Source of the DNA: Candidatus Woesearchaeota archaeon
GTDB lineage: Archaea > Nanobdellota > Nanobdellia > Woesearchaeales > UBA10216
Direction of reading: 5' to 3'
NCBI GenBank assembly: GCA_016180085.1
Contig: JACPBX010000003.1
Location: 74,655 to 138,654 of the forward strand
Length of the DNA stretch: 64,000 nucleotides
The position numbers and the translations under genes are program-made. Shown here piece after piece: positions 8,286 to 17,923 of this stretch (position 1 is the first letter of the stretch; each line of letters opens with the position of its first letter). The notes beneath the pieces are model-generated. The model was not told the origin of the DNA. It did not search any database and saw only the letters and a program-made list of their open reading frames with translations.

Positions 8286-8990
8286 ATGGTTTCGGTTTCG
8301 GTCATTGTCCCGCTTTATAACGAGGAGCGCCGTTCTACGGGCTTCCTTGCAAGCCTGCTGGCGTTTTGCAGGAAAGGGCTGAAGGATTATGAGATCATTC
8401 TTGTCAATGATGGCTCAGTGGACAATACGCTGGCTATTTTGAGCAACTTGGCGAAGCTGGATAAGCGTGTCAGGGTCGTGAGCTATGTCCAGAACAGGGG
8501 CAAGGGCCATGCCGTGAGGGAGGGCGTTTTTGCCTCCAAAGGAGAAAAGGTTCTTTTCATTGATGCTGACGGCTCCATTGTGCCTGATGAAATCCCTGCG
8601 ATGCTGAAGAACCTTGACGATTATGATGTTGTTGTCGGCACCAGGGCAAGCGCGCAGTCCAATGTTACCCAGCCTTTTCTGAGGAAGTTTATTGGCACCA
8701 GCTTCAACCGCTACGTCAACCTGCTTTACAGGATTAATGTCAGGGACACACTGTGCGGCTTTAAGGGCTTCAGGAGGAATGCTGCTATGGCGTTGTTCAG
8801 GAACCTGATTTCTGAGCGCTGGGTGTTTGATGTTGAGCTTTTTTTCAGGATAAGGAAGATGAATCTGCGCCTCTGCCAGCAGCCAATTACCTGGGTGCAC
8901 AAGGCCGGCAGCAGGTTCAAGGTTTACGACCCTGCCAAGATGGCCCTGGAGCTTCTCAAACTCAGGATTCAGCTCATGTTTTCTTCCTAG
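8286..8990 (+). CDS. GT2 glycosyltransferase (Dpm1-like, soluble)
   Basis: Start moved to MVSVSVIVPLYNEE (ATG 8286 verified); LVNDGSVDNT, IDADGS motifs; divergent from 8168 gene across a 117-bp promoter region. Confidence 0.75.
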   Translation: MVSVSVIVPLYNEERRSTGFLASLLAFCRKGLKDYEIILVNDGSVDNTLAILSNLAKLDKRVRVVSYVQNRGKGHAVREGVFASKGEKVLFIDADGSIVPDEIPAMLKNLDDYDVVVGTRASAQSNVTQPFLRKFIGTSFNRYVNLLYRINVRDTLCGFKGFRRNAAMALFRNLISERWVFDVELFFRIRKMNLRLCQQPITWVHKAGSRFKVYDPAKMALELLKLRIQLMFSS

Positions 8991-9069
8991 GCCGGCAGAG
9001 CATTCCTGACCGCAACCTTTATAAAATTCCGCAAGGTAGCTTTTTTTATGAATTGCGTGGCTGGTTTTT

Positions 9070-9723
9070 ATGGCTGAGATTGACCTTCTTGACCGCTATC
9101 CGAGGACTAAGCGCAATCCTGACGAGAGGGCAGCCTCCCTCACTGATGAGGACAGGAGGGTTGCGAAGCAGTTCGGCAGCGAGTATTTTGACGGGCCCAG
9201 GAACAGGGGCTATGGCGGCTACAGGTACGATGGGAGGTGGGTTCCTGTTGTCAAGCGCTTTGCGGAGCACTACAACCTGACCGGCAGCAGCAGGGTGCTT
9301 GATGTTGGCTGTGCCAAGGGATTCATGCTTCACGACTTCAGGCAGGTTATTCCTGGCATCACGGTTGCAGGCATTGACATTTCGCAATACGCCATTGACA
9401 ATTCCATGGAGGACGTCAGGCCTTTCCTAAAGGTTGGAAATGCAAAAGACCTCTCAATGTTTGGCGACAAGTCGTTTGACCTTGTCATCTCAATTAACAC
9501 AATCCACAACCTGAAGCTTGAGGAGTGCAAGAAGGCTTTGAAAGAGATTCAGCGTGTTGGAAAGCGTGCCTTCATTACCATGGATGCCTGGCGCACTCCC
9601 GAAGAGGAAGTCAGGATGAAGAAGTGGAACATTACAGCAGAGACTTTCATGCACGTTGACGACTGGAAGAGGCTTTTCAATGAAGTCGGGTATACTGGCG
9701 ACTACTACTGGTTTATTCCTTAG
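9070..9723 (+). CDS. Class I SAM-dependent methyltransferase
   Basis: 217 aa; motif I VLDVGCAKG, post-I GIDIS, D-rich loop DLVISINTIHN; TTTATAAA box about 45 nt upstream. Confidence 0.7.
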   Translation: MAEIDLLDRYPRTKRNPDERAASLTDEDRRVAKQFGSEYFDGPRNRGYGGYRYDGRWVPVVKRFAEHYNLTGSSRVLDVGCAKGFMLHDFRQVIPGITVAGIDISQYAIDNSMEDVRPFLKVGNAKDLSMFGDKSFDLVISINTIHNLKLEECKKALKEIQRVGKRAFITMDAWRTPEEEVRMKKWNITAETFMHVDDWKRLFNEVGYTGDYYWFIP

Positions 9724-10776
9724 ATGAGGTTAAGCAAGAAAATGAGAATCAGGGCAGCAGTTCTTTACGGGCAGCACAAGCCTATGGTGGTAGAGGAGCT
9801 TGAAACTCCGGAGCTTGGCAGGGGCCAGGTTCTGGTGAAGGTCCTTTACAGCGGAATCTGCCAGACCCAGCTTAACGAGCTTAAGGGCGTCAAGGGCCCT
9901 GACAGCTTCCTGCCCCACCTGCTTGGCCATGAGGCATCTGGCATCGTTCAGGACATTGGCGGGGGCGTTACCAAGGTTAAGCCTGGTGATTATGTGGTGC
10001 TTTCATGGATGAAAGGGTCAGGGCTTGAAGTTCCTTCTTCGCAATACTCGCTTGGCGGGAAAAAGATAAATGCCGGAGCAGTCACGACTTTTCAAACGCA
10101 TTCTGTTGTTTCAGAAAACCGCATCACAAAAATTCCTGAAAAAGTGCCTGCCGACGTTGCCGCCCTTCTGGGCTGTGCAGTTCCTACAGGTGCGGGGATG
10201 GTCAGGAACACTCTTAAGGCCCAGCCCGGCAGCACTCTTGCGGTCTTTGGCTTGGGAGGAGTGGGCCTCAGTGCAGTGCTTTATGCCGCTTCGGTTGGCT
10301 GCGGAAAGATTATTGGCATTGACATCAGGAAGCAAAAGCTCGGCCTGGCGATGAAGCTGGGCGCAACCCACGCAATAGACGGCTCCGAAGGCAATGTGCT
10401 TGAGAAGATTCGGGAACTCACGCAGGGGCAGGGCGTTGATTTTGCAATAGAGTCCTCAGGCGTAAGGGAGGTCATGGAGCTTTCATTTGAGGCCATAAGG
10501 AATGGTGGCACTGCGGTCCTTGCAGGCAACATCAGGAAGGGAGAGAAAGTGGGCATTGACCCTTACGGCCTGATTTTTGGGAAGAAAATACTTGGGACGC
10601 ATGGAGGAGAAACCCATACTGACGAGGACATCCCGTTCTATGCCGGGCAGTACCTTGCCGGGAAGCTTAAGCTCGAAAAGCTCATCACCCACGTTTTCAC
10701 CCTTGACAAGGTCAATGACGCCTTTGCAGAGCTTGGCAAGGGAAACGTCGGCAGGGCTTTGCTAAGGCTGCACTGA
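9724..10776 (+). CDS. Zinc-binding alcohol/sugar dehydrogenase (MDR superfamily)
   Basis: 350 aa; GICQTQ...GHEASG (zinc ligands), GxGxxG Rossmann (VFGLGGVGL); alternative start at MRIRAAV (9742). Confidence 0.8.
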   Translation: MRLSKKMRIRAAVLYGQHKPMVVEELETPELGRGQVLVKVLYSGICQTQLNELKGVKGPDSFLPHLLGHEASGIVQDIGGGVTKVKPGDYVVLSWMKGSGLEVPSSQYSLGGKKINAGAVTTFQTHSVVSENRITKIPEKVPADVAALLGCAVPTGAGMVRNTLKAQPGSTLAVFGLGGVGLSAVLYAASVGCGKIIGIDIRKQKLGLAMKLGATHAIDGSEGNVLEKIRELTQGQGVDFAIESSGVREVMELSFEAIRNGGTAVLAGNIRKGEKVGIDPYGLIFGKKILGTHGGETHTDEDIPFYAGQYLAGKLKLEKLITHVFTLDKVNDAFAELGKGNVGRALLRLH

Positions 10777-11415
10777 GAAGTCGCTGATGCTTATGCCTGT
10801 GAAGCTGTCAACGGTTTTGTCTGCGATTGAAATGTTCTGGTCTTTTGTGTGCTCTGTGAGCAGGGCTATGCACATCATGCCTGCATTTTTTGCTGCCAGG
10901 ATGCCTGATTCAGAGTCTTCTATGACAGCGCACTCGCCCGGCTTCAGCCTGAGCCTTCCCGCAGTCTCGAGGTAAATGTCCGGCGCAGGCTTGGTTTTTG
11001 CCACGTCTGAGCCCGTGACCACTATTGCGAATGTTTTTTCCAGCTTTAGGAAGCTCAGGACATTCTGGACCTTTGTTTTTGAGCTGCTTGATGCAAGTGC
11101 AATCGCGTAATTGCTTGCCTTGAGTTTTGCCACGAGCTCGTGGAAGCCGGGATTTGGCTGAAGGTTGAGCTCCGCCATGGCGCTTTTCAGGTGCTCTTCG
11201 CGCTTTGCCACGAGTTCTTCAAGATTTGCTGTAATCCCGTGCTGCTTCAGGATTTCGTCGTAAATCTGCTTTCCGGGCTTGCCCGTGTGCCTCAGGTATT
11301 CCTCTTTGCCGATGTTCAGCCCAACGCTGCCCAGCACCTTTGAGTCGGCAACGAAGTTGAGCTGTGCAGTGTCTACAACCACTCCGTCCATGTCAAAGAT
11401 TACAGCTTTTATCAT
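10762..11415 (-). CDS. HAD-superfamily hydrolase, subfamily IA (beta-phosphoglucomutase/sugar-phosphatase-like)
   Basis: 217 aa; motif I AVIFDMDGVVVDT, motif II ALASSSSK, motif III/IV KPAPDIY...EDSESG. Confidence 0.8.
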   Translation of the reverse strand: MIKAVIFDMDGVVVDTAQLNFVADSKVLGSVGLNIGKEEYLRHTGKPGKQIYDEILKQHGITANLEELVAKREEHLKSAMAELNLQPNPGFHELVAKLKASNYAIALASSSSKTKVQNVLSFLKLEKTFAIVVTGSDVAKTKPAPDIYLETAGRLRLKPGECAVIEDSESGILAAKNAGMMCIALLTEHTKDQNISIADKTVDSFTGISISDFSVQP

Positions 11416-11563
11416 GTTAATCCCCTCTTTCCTTTCCTCTCAGGTTTCTGCGGCAATAAAGGGCAATATATAGAGGACTTTGAATAACCGCTCATATTTA
11501 ATTTTTGTTTAAAGTCCTCTCAGCGTATCGCTGAGGGATGTCAGCTCTAAGCTGACATTCTCT

Positions 11564-11605
11564 TAGACAACTTTGCTATACGACGGGGTTAATCAAAGTT
11601 GTCTA
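11564..11605. promoter_or_regulatory. Perfect 12-bp inverted repeat TAGACAACTTTG-N18-CAAAGTTGTCTA followed by TATAAAT; candidate operator / divergent-promoter element
   Basis: Read directly from sequence (arms at 11564-11575 and 11594-11605); lies in the 260-bp non-coding gap between divergent HAD and aminotransferase genes; two shorter hairpins (ctcagcg-tat-cgctgag at about 11517-11533 and tcagc-tctaa-gctga at about 11541-11555) lie just upstream. Confidence 0.4.
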
Positions 11606-11678
11606 TAAATCTTATTTTGCATGCTTGCAACCTGTTTCACTCCCTAACTATCGAAAACTTTAAGTAAGGCTGCTCTGG

Positions 11679-12800
11679 ATGCTTTTGCTATTCACTATGG
11701 CAAACATGAAAAAACTCTTTATTCCCGGGCCGGTTCAGGTGGACAGGCGGGTTCTCGAGGAAATGGCCCGCCCTATGATGCATCACCGTTCTGCTGAATG
11801 CGTTGCTCTAATCAGGGAAATAAACGGGCTGCTGTCAGAGCTCCTTGGGACAAAGGACAGCATATTTCTCCTCACAAGCTCTGCTACCGGCGCCATGGAG
11901 GCCTGCATAAGGAGCTGCGTCATAAGCAGGGTGCTGTGCATTGCCAACGGCGAGTTCGGAAGGCGATGGCATTCTGTGGCAGTTTCAAACGGTAAGGATG
12001 CCAGGCTGCTGGACTTTGGCGATGGCGCGCTGGTTGACTACGGCGCTGTGGCTGATGAGCTGAGGAAAGGCGATTTTGATGCTGTGACCTTCATAATTAA
12101 TGAGACGTCAACAGGCATGGAGAACGACTCAAAGGCGCTGAAAGCAGCTGTCCAGGCTGCTTCAGGGGATGCCGCAAAGGACATTATAATATTGGCAGAT
12201 GGAGTTTCTGCTGTCTTTGGGACAAAGGTTGACATGGCTGACTATGATGCGCTGCTTTTTGCAACGCAGAAATCCCTTGCGCTGCCTCCGGGCATGTCCA
12301 TAATAATTGCGAACAGCCGGGCAATTGGCCGTGCCAAGCTGGTCAAGGGCAGGGGCTACTACTTCGACTTCCTTCTCCTCAAGAAGAGGAGCGATGAGAA
12401 CATGACAACAACAACGCCTGCCCTGCCGATTCTTTATGCCCTGAGGTACAGGCTGCAGGAGATTGGGAAGCAGGGGATTGGCAGCTACATTAACAGGCAT
12501 AAAGCCATGGCCGAGCTTGTCCGCAGCAGAATCAGGGGCATGGGCTTCAGGCTTTTCGTGCCAAGCAGCTACTCAAATACTGTTACTGTCATTTCAAATA
12601 ACCTTGGCGTTGATACTGAAGGGCTGATAAGGCTTCTTTCTGAAAAGGGCTATGTCATTGAAAACGGCTACGGCCCATTGAAGAACAAGACTTTCAGGAT
12701 AAGCCACATGGGCGATATAACCCCTGCTGATACAGGGGAGCTGCTTGCCGAGATGGAGAAAATCGTGAAATCGCAGCTGTCAGCCAGCAGCTTGCCGTGA
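11679..12800 (+). CDS. Class V aminotransferase (AGXT/SGAT/archaeal-SerC family)
   Basis: 373 aa; N-terminal LFIPGPVQV...MMHHRSAEC signature of the class V/AGXT family; true start probably MANMKK/MKK (11700/11706); 4-nt overlap with the downstream kinase gene. Confidence 0.8.
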   Translation: MLLLFTMANMKKLFIPGPVQVDRRVLEEMARPMMHHRSAECVALIREINGLLSELLGTKDSIFLLTSSATGAMEACIRSCVISRVLCIANGEFGRRWHSVAVSNGKDARLLDFGDGALVDYGAVADELRKGDFDAVTFIINETSTGMENDSKALKAAVQAASGDAAKDIIILADGVSAVFGTKVDMADYDALLFATQKSLALPPGMSIIIANSRAIGRAKLVKGRGYYFDFLLLKKRSDENMTTTTPALPILYALRYRLQEIGKQGIGSYINRHKAMAELVRSRIRGMGFRLFVPSSYSNTVTVISNNLGVDTEGLIRLLSEKGYVIENGYGPLKNKTFRISHMGDITPADTGELLAEMEKIVKSQLSASSLP

Positions 12801-13888
12801 ACGGGAATGATGGAAAAGTGGGAAAGGCCAGGGTTTTTGCACCGGCAACAACAGCCAATGTCGGCCCGGGCTTTGACATCTTTGGCGTTGCACTTGATGG
12901 CGTAGGCGATATTGTCGAAGCTGACTTGTCTGATTCTTTCAGTGGTGTAAGGCTGGCGGAGGTTGCTGTCGGTTCAGACAGCGAAAGCTTAAAGGACCTT
13001 CCAATGGATGAGGCAAATCTCGTTTTTCCCGTTGCAAAGGCAGTGTATGATGCGGCTTGCAAAGCTGGCCGCAAAGACACCGGCGTTGAGGTAAGGCTGA
13101 TTAAGAGGATGGGAATAGGCACAGGGCTCGGCAGCAGCGGCTCAAGCTCTGTTGCTGCTGCCGTTGCAGTTAATGAGGCTTTGGGCGGGGTTTTTGCCCG
13201 TGACAGCCCCGAGATGCTTGCTGCTGTCCTGGAAGGCGAATTTGTTGCCTGCGGCTCCAGGCACGCTGATAATGTTTTCCCTGGCCTTCTTGGCGGCTTT
13301 GTCTTCATCGAGGACCCAGCCTCATTCAGGTTCAGGAAGTTTGACGTTGGCAGAGACGTGTTTTTTGTAGTTGTTACGCCTGAAATTGTCGTCAGCACAA
13401 AGGAAGCAAGGGATGCATTAAGGGCTTCGCCATACAACATCGGTGAGCTTGTAAGCCTTTCCAGCTCAGTGGTTAGGCAATACCTTGACTCGGGCAGCCG
13501 CAGCTCAGGCAGTATTCCTGCTTCAGTTGTTGGCACTGGCTCGGCTGATGTTGTTTCAGCTTACCTGGAGGGAACGGTTGAGGTTCTAACAGGCCTGATT
13601 GGCAATGATGCTGAGCTGCTTGGCAGGGGCACGCTGAAAGATGGCATTGTTACCCCAATAAGGGCAGGGCTTATTCCGGGCTATTACGATGTCAAGAAGG
13701 CCGCCCTTGAGGCTGGCGCAAAGGGGTTTTCAATTTCTGGCTCAGGCCCTTCTGTTTTTGCAGTGGCTTATGAGGAAGATGCTGAGGCTGTAAAGAAAGC
13801 CATGATTGGCAGGTTTGAGGGCCTGGGCAAAAGGGCGAGCGGCATCATCTCAGCCGTAAACAACAAAGGCGCCTGCCCGGTTGAGTGA
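12797..13888 (+). CDS. GHMP-family kinase, homoserine-kinase (ThrB)-like
   Basis: 363 aa; N-terminal APATTANVGPGFDIFGVAL (ThrB-type motif 1) and GIGTGLGSSGSSSVAAAVA (GHMP ATP-binding motif 2). Confidence 0.75.
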   Translation: MNGNDGKVGKARVFAPATTANVGPGFDIFGVALDGVGDIVEADLSDSFSGVRLAEVAVGSDSESLKDLPMDEANLVFPVAKAVYDAACKAGRKDTGVEVRLIKRMGIGTGLGSSGSSSVAAAVAVNEALGGVFARDSPEMLAAVLEGEFVACGSRHADNVFPGLLGGFVFIEDPASFRFRKFDVGRDVFFVVVTPEIVVSTKEARDALRASPYNIGELVSLSSSVVRQYLDSGSRSSGSIPASVVGTGSADVVSAYLEGTVEVLTGLIGNDAELLGRGTLKDGIVTPIRAGLIPGYYDVKKAALEAGAKGFSISGSGPSVFAVAYEEDAEAVKKAMIGRFEGLGKRASGIISAVNNKGACPVE

Positions 13889-13936
13889 TTTTATTTTGGA
13901 GAAATTATTTAAAGGAGCGTTTCAGGCAGCCTTTCC

Positions 13937-15184
13937 TTGTTGGAAGTGGAATGCATGATTGATGTTGGCAGGTTCAGGAACATACAATATGGGAAAAGGA
14001 CAAGGTGCATGGCTTGCGGGGCAGCTGTTGGCAAGCCGCTGATAAGCCTGCCTGATTTTCCTTTGAGCGAGATTTACACGGACCGCCCTGTTAAGGAGAA
14101 AGCAGGATTTGTTGACCAGGAGTTCTGCCTTTGCAAAAGCTGCGGCCATGGCCAGCTGCTTAACATAATCCCGCCGGAGCTCCTTTACTTTGGCAGCAGC
14201 TACTTTTTCAGGACTTCGCAGAGCAGGACTGCTGTGCCAGCTGTTGACTTCTTTCTCGACTTTGTCGAGGGCGTTCTTAAAAGCAGGGCTTACGATACCA
14301 TTGCTGACATTGGCTGCAACGACTTGTACATGCTGAAGAAGCTTGACGCTAAGGCAAAAAGGCTTTTGGGGATTGACCCTGTCCTCGCAGGAAGGGAGAA
14401 GGAGCTTTCTGAGGGGAAGACCGTTGTCATTGGGGACTTGTTTGAGAATGCTGTTGCCAATCACAACGTATCTTTCGATAAGGACCTTGTGCTTAGCAGC
14501 CACACCCTGGAGCACGTGAAGGACCCTAAGTGGCTTGTCAAGACTGTGCTTGACAGTTCAACAGATAACACGCTGTTCGGTTTCCAGTTCCCGGGTTTCG
14601 AGAGCCTGGTGAGGGATGCAAGGTTTGATCAGGTGTTCCACCAGCACTATAACTATTTCACTTTGAAGTCAGTCGTCCGCATGCTTACGGACCTGGGCGC
14701 AGAGCTTGTTGCTTACAAGGTGAACCCTTACCACTGGGGTGCGCTGATGATAGTGTTCAGGAAAAACCCCTCAGGCTCAACAGCCTGGCACAAGAGGTTT
14801 GAGCATGATGCTGTGCAGCTCACTGATGAGGCAGTCCTCTCGCAGTACCGGGTTTTTCAGGATGCCATGAAGCTGGCAGGTGAGCGCCTTTCAGCGTGGA
14901 AGGGCAGCACGGTTTACGGCTACGGCGCAGCAAACATGCTTCCCGTCCTGAGCTACCACATGAAGAACGACCTTTCCTGCCTTCAGGCTGTATTGGATGA
15001 TGATGAGCGCAAGCAGGGCATGCACTACATCAACCTTCCTGTTGCCATAAAGTCCCCTTCTGTTGTTAAGGACTTCAAGGATGTTGTGCTGTTCCTTACA
15101 GCCATTGACAATTCCAGGATACTTGTGCCAAAGCTTATCTCGCTCGCACCAAAGAAAATTATCCTTCCCCTTAACATTGTGTAG
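13937..15184 (+). CDS. NDP-hexose C-methyltransferase (TylCIII family; Zn-ribbon + Methyltransf_13/14)
   Basis: 415 aa; N-terminal CMAC...CKSCGHGQL Zn-ribbon, SAM motif DIGCNDLYML, C-terminal C-methyltransferase domain. Confidence 0.75.
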   Translation: MLEVECMIDVGRFRNIQYGKRTRCMACGAAVGKPLISLPDFPLSEIYTDRPVKEKAGFVDQEFCLCKSCGHGQLLNIIPPELLYFGSSYFFRTSQSRTAVPAVDFFLDFVEGVLKSRAYDTIADIGCNDLYMLKKLDAKAKRLLGIDPVLAGREKELSEGKTVVIGDLFENAVANHNVSFDKDLVLSSHTLEHVKDPKWLVKTVLDSSTDNTLFGFQFPGFESLVRDARFDQVFHQHYNYFTLKSVVRMLTDLGAELVAYKVNPYHWGALMIVFRKNPSGSTAWHKRFEHDAVQLTDEAVLSQYRVFQDAMKLAGERLSAWKGSTVYGYGAANMLPVLSYHMKNDLSCLQAVLDDDERKQGMHYINLPVAIKSPSVVKDFKDVVLFLTAIDNSRILVPKLISLAPKKIILPLNIV

Positions 15185-15322
15185 CCATTATGCAGCGCTA
15201 TGTGATTCTCCTCCATAAAATTTCGGGCTATGACGGTAAGAGGGGGTAAAATTTATATACTCTCACGGATTCGGGACAGCTTCCGGAAAACAGCTGCGTG
15301 TTTGCAGCAGTCTTGAAGGGGG

Positions 15323-16117
15323 TTGTTTTTTATGGATTTTGGTCTGACTGGCAAGAAAGCCTTGGTTACTGCAGCGAGCCGCGGCATTGGCGCGTCCATT
15401 GCAATAAACCTGGCAAAGGAAGGCGCGCTGGTTGCTATTACAGCGAGGAGCGAGCCTGACCTTAAGGAAGTCATTGCAAAGATGGGCGGCGAAGGTAAAG
15501 GCCATTACATGGTTGTTGCTGACCTGACTGCCGAGGACGGCCCGAAGAAAGTTTTTGACAAGGTTCTGAAGGATTTTGGCTCCCCTGACATTCTTGTCAA
15601 CAACCTTGGCGATACGCTTGAGCTCCGAGACCCTTTTATCCCAATCAGTGACTGGAGAAAAATCATAAGGCTCAACCTTGAGGTCGCCATTGAGCTGAAC
15701 AATCTTGTTATTCCGCATATGGAGCAGAGGAAATGGGGCAGGATAGTTAATGTTTTGTCAACAGCATCTTACGAGAACAACGGGCCTGTCCCTTACTGCA
15801 CTGCCAAGGCTGCCTTCTCGGCTTATACGAGAAGCATGGCCAGGGTTTTGGCAAAGACAGGCATTGTTATGTCCGGCATTGTGCCTGGCGCTATTTTCAC
15901 AGAGGGCGGTGCCTGGGACATTGCCATGAAGACAAGGCCTGAGCACATCCGCAAATACCTGGAGGAAAGGCTCCCCCTGGGCAGGTTTGGCGAGCCTGAT
16001 GACATAGGTACCATGGCTGTTGTGCTGTGCTCAGAGCAGGCAAAGTTCTGCCAGGGCTCCATTTTCCCTGTTGATGGCGGCCAGAGCAGGCACTATTTTC
16101 GGGCTGCCACTGATTAA
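15323..16117 (+). CDS. Short-chain dehydrogenase/reductase (FabG-like ketoreductase)
   Basis: 264 aa; ALVTAASRGIGASIA (TGxxxGIG), NNLG, YCTAKAA (YxxxK). Confidence 0.85.
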   Translation: MFFMDFGLTGKKALVTAASRGIGASIAINLAKEGALVAITARSEPDLKEVIAKMGGEGKGHYMVVADLTAEDGPKKVFDKVLKDFGSPDILVNNLGDTLELRDPFIPISDWRKIIRLNLEVAIELNNLVIPHMEQRKWGRIVNVLSTASYENNGPVPYCTAKAAFSAYTRSMARVLAKTGIVMSGIVPGAIFTEGGAWDIAMKTRPEHIRKYLEERLPLGRFGEPDDIGTMAVVLCSEQAKFCQGSIFPVDGGQSRHYFRAATD

Positions 16118-16118
16118 A

Positions 16119-17918
16119 ATGAAGCTGTCTGACTATGTTGTGGAGTTTTTGGTTGAGCAGGGCATAAGGCACGTTTTTCTAGTTTCAGGAGGGGCGGTTG
16201 CGCACCTTGTTGATTCAGCAGCAAGAAACCCCAGAATGACTTACGTGTGCCCTGAGCATGAGCAGAACGCAGGCTCTGCTGCTGATGCCTATGCGAGGAT
16301 AACGGGGAAGATGGGTGCCGTGTTCACGACGAGCGGGCCTGGCGCCACCAACCTTGTGACGAGCGTTTGCAACTCATATTTTGACTCAATCCCTGTTATT
16401 TTCATCACAGGCCAGGTTGCGACATTCCGCATAAGGCCCAGCGAGAGGCTTCGCCAGAAGGGCTTTCAGGAAACCGATGTTATTTCCATATTTAAGTCAA
16501 TCACCAAATACTCGATACAGCTCAGGAAAGCAGAGGACATCAAGTTCGTCCTTCAGGAAGCTGTCCATGCAGCCACGTCAGGGAGGATGGGTCCTGTCCT
16601 TGTTGATATTCCTGATGATTTGCAAAGGGTCGAGATTGACCCTGAAAAGCTTCGGGATTTTAAGCCTTTGGCTGCCCAGGCAGGTGCAGTAAACCCGGCA
16701 AATGACCTGTCAGCTGTTAAGGATGTCTTTGCAGCCATAAGGTCTGCGAAAAGGCCTGTGCTTATCCTCGGCGCGGGCATCAGGCTTTCAGGCACAGTTC
16801 CTGAAGCCCTGAAGTTTGCCGAGCATTTCCGCATTCCGTTCCTTTTGACGTGGGGCGCTATGGACATGGTTGAGCACGGCTATGAGCTTAACATGGGCGG
16901 TGTTGGCGTTTGCGGCCCAAGAGGAGGTAATTTTGCAGCCCAGACGTCAGACCTTGTTGTTGCGCTTGGCACAAGGCTTTCCCAGATGATTACAGGCGGC
17001 AAGCAAAACCTTTTCGCTCCCTATGCGAAAAAAATCATGGTTGACGTTGATGCTGAGGAGCTTAACAAGTTCTCGCCAAGCGATGTTGTCCTTGACGTGA
17101 AAATCAGCTGTGGCCTCAGGGATTTTTTTGCAGAATGCGAAAGGCTTTACAGCGGCACCGGCCCTGCCGAAAAGGGCAGGCTGAAGGAGTGGAGGCAGCA
17201 AATCAATGAGTGGAGAATGAAATACCCAATCTGTCCCGGGTCAAACTACGGCAGGAAGGAAAGGGTTGATGCATACGTTTTTATCAGGGAGCTGTCAAAG
17301 GCAGCCAAGGAAGGTGATGTCATTTTCACCGATGCAGGCGGCAACCTGAGCCAGACCATGCAGGCCTTCGAAGTGAAAAAAGGCCAGCGCCTCATCTCAG
17401 CCTGGAACCACTCGCCCATGGGCTATGCGCTTCCTGCAGCCATTGGCGCTGCGTTTGCAATCGGCCAAGGCAGCGGCAAGGACATCCTGTGCATCATCGG
17501 CGATGGCGGCATTATGATGTGCCTTGAGGAGCTTGCGGTTATTGCCAAGCACAACCTTCCAATAAAAATTTTCGTTTTTAACAACCATGGCCATGCAATC
17601 CAGAAGCAGACCATCGATACCTGGCTTAACTCGCATTACGTGGCTGTTGACGAGTCTTCCGGCCTTGCTTTCGCTGATTTTGACAAAATCGGCCCGGCCT
17701 TCGGGCTTCCGGCTGTTGCCATAAGAAACCACGAAGAGCTTAAGGCAAAGCTTGGCAAGGTCCTTGGCGCCAAGGGCCCTGTGCTGTGCAATGTTGAGAT
17801 TGCTGTAGACCAGAGGATTGTTCCGATGCTCAGGTTTGGCGCAGGCATTGAGGACCTGGACCCAAAACTGCCTAAGGAAGAGGTTGAGGCAATCATGGCT
17901 GTTGGCAGGAAAAGGTAA
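16119..17918 (+). CDS. Thiamine-pyrophosphate-dependent enzyme of the acetolactate-synthase/benzoylformate-decarboxylase family (YerE-like candidate)
   Basis: Start moved to MKLSDYVVEFLVEQGIRHVF (ATG 16119, 1 nt after the SDR stop); N-terminal Pyr domain, central domain, C-terminal PP domain with GDGG...N TPP-binding motif (IIGDGGIMMCLEEL...FNN). Confidence 0.8.
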   Translation: MKLSDYVVEFLVEQGIRHVFLVSGGAVAHLVDSAARNPRMTYVCPEHEQNAGSAADAYARITGKMGAVFTTSGPGATNLVTSVCNSYFDSIPVIFITGQVATFRIRPSERLRQKGFQETDVISIFKSITKYSIQLRKAEDIKFVLQEAVHAATSGRMGPVLVDIPDDLQRVEIDPEKLRDFKPLAAQAGAVNPANDLSAVKDVFAAIRSAKRPVLILGAGIRLSGTVPEALKFAEHFRIPFLLTWGAMDMVEHGYELNMGGVGVCGPRGGNFAAQTSDLVVALGTRLSQMITGGKQNLFAPYAKKIMVDVDAEELNKFSPSDVVLDVKISCGLRDFFAECERLYSGTGPAEKGRLKEWRQQINEWRMKYPICPGSNYGRKERVDAYVFIRELSKAAKEGDVIFTDAGGNLSQTMQAFEVKKGQRLISAWNHSPMGYALPAAIGAAFAIGQGSGKDILCIIGDGGIMMCLEELAVIAKHNLPIKIFVFNNHGHAIQKQTIDTWLNSHYVAVDESSGLAFADFDKIGPAFGLPAVAIRNHEELKAKLGKVLGAKGPVLCNVEIAVDQRIVPMLRFGAGIEDLDPKLPKEEVEAIMAVGRKR

Positions 17919-17923
17919 GAAAA

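Noticed and set aside
12797-13888. Calling the GHMP kinase a heptose-7-phosphate kinase (HddA) to complete a GDP-heptose pathway
   Set aside because: Its N-terminal motif (ATTANVGPGFD) is of the homoserine-kinase type, not the HddA/galactokinase type, and a PfkB-type HldE-like kinase is already present for the heptose pathway
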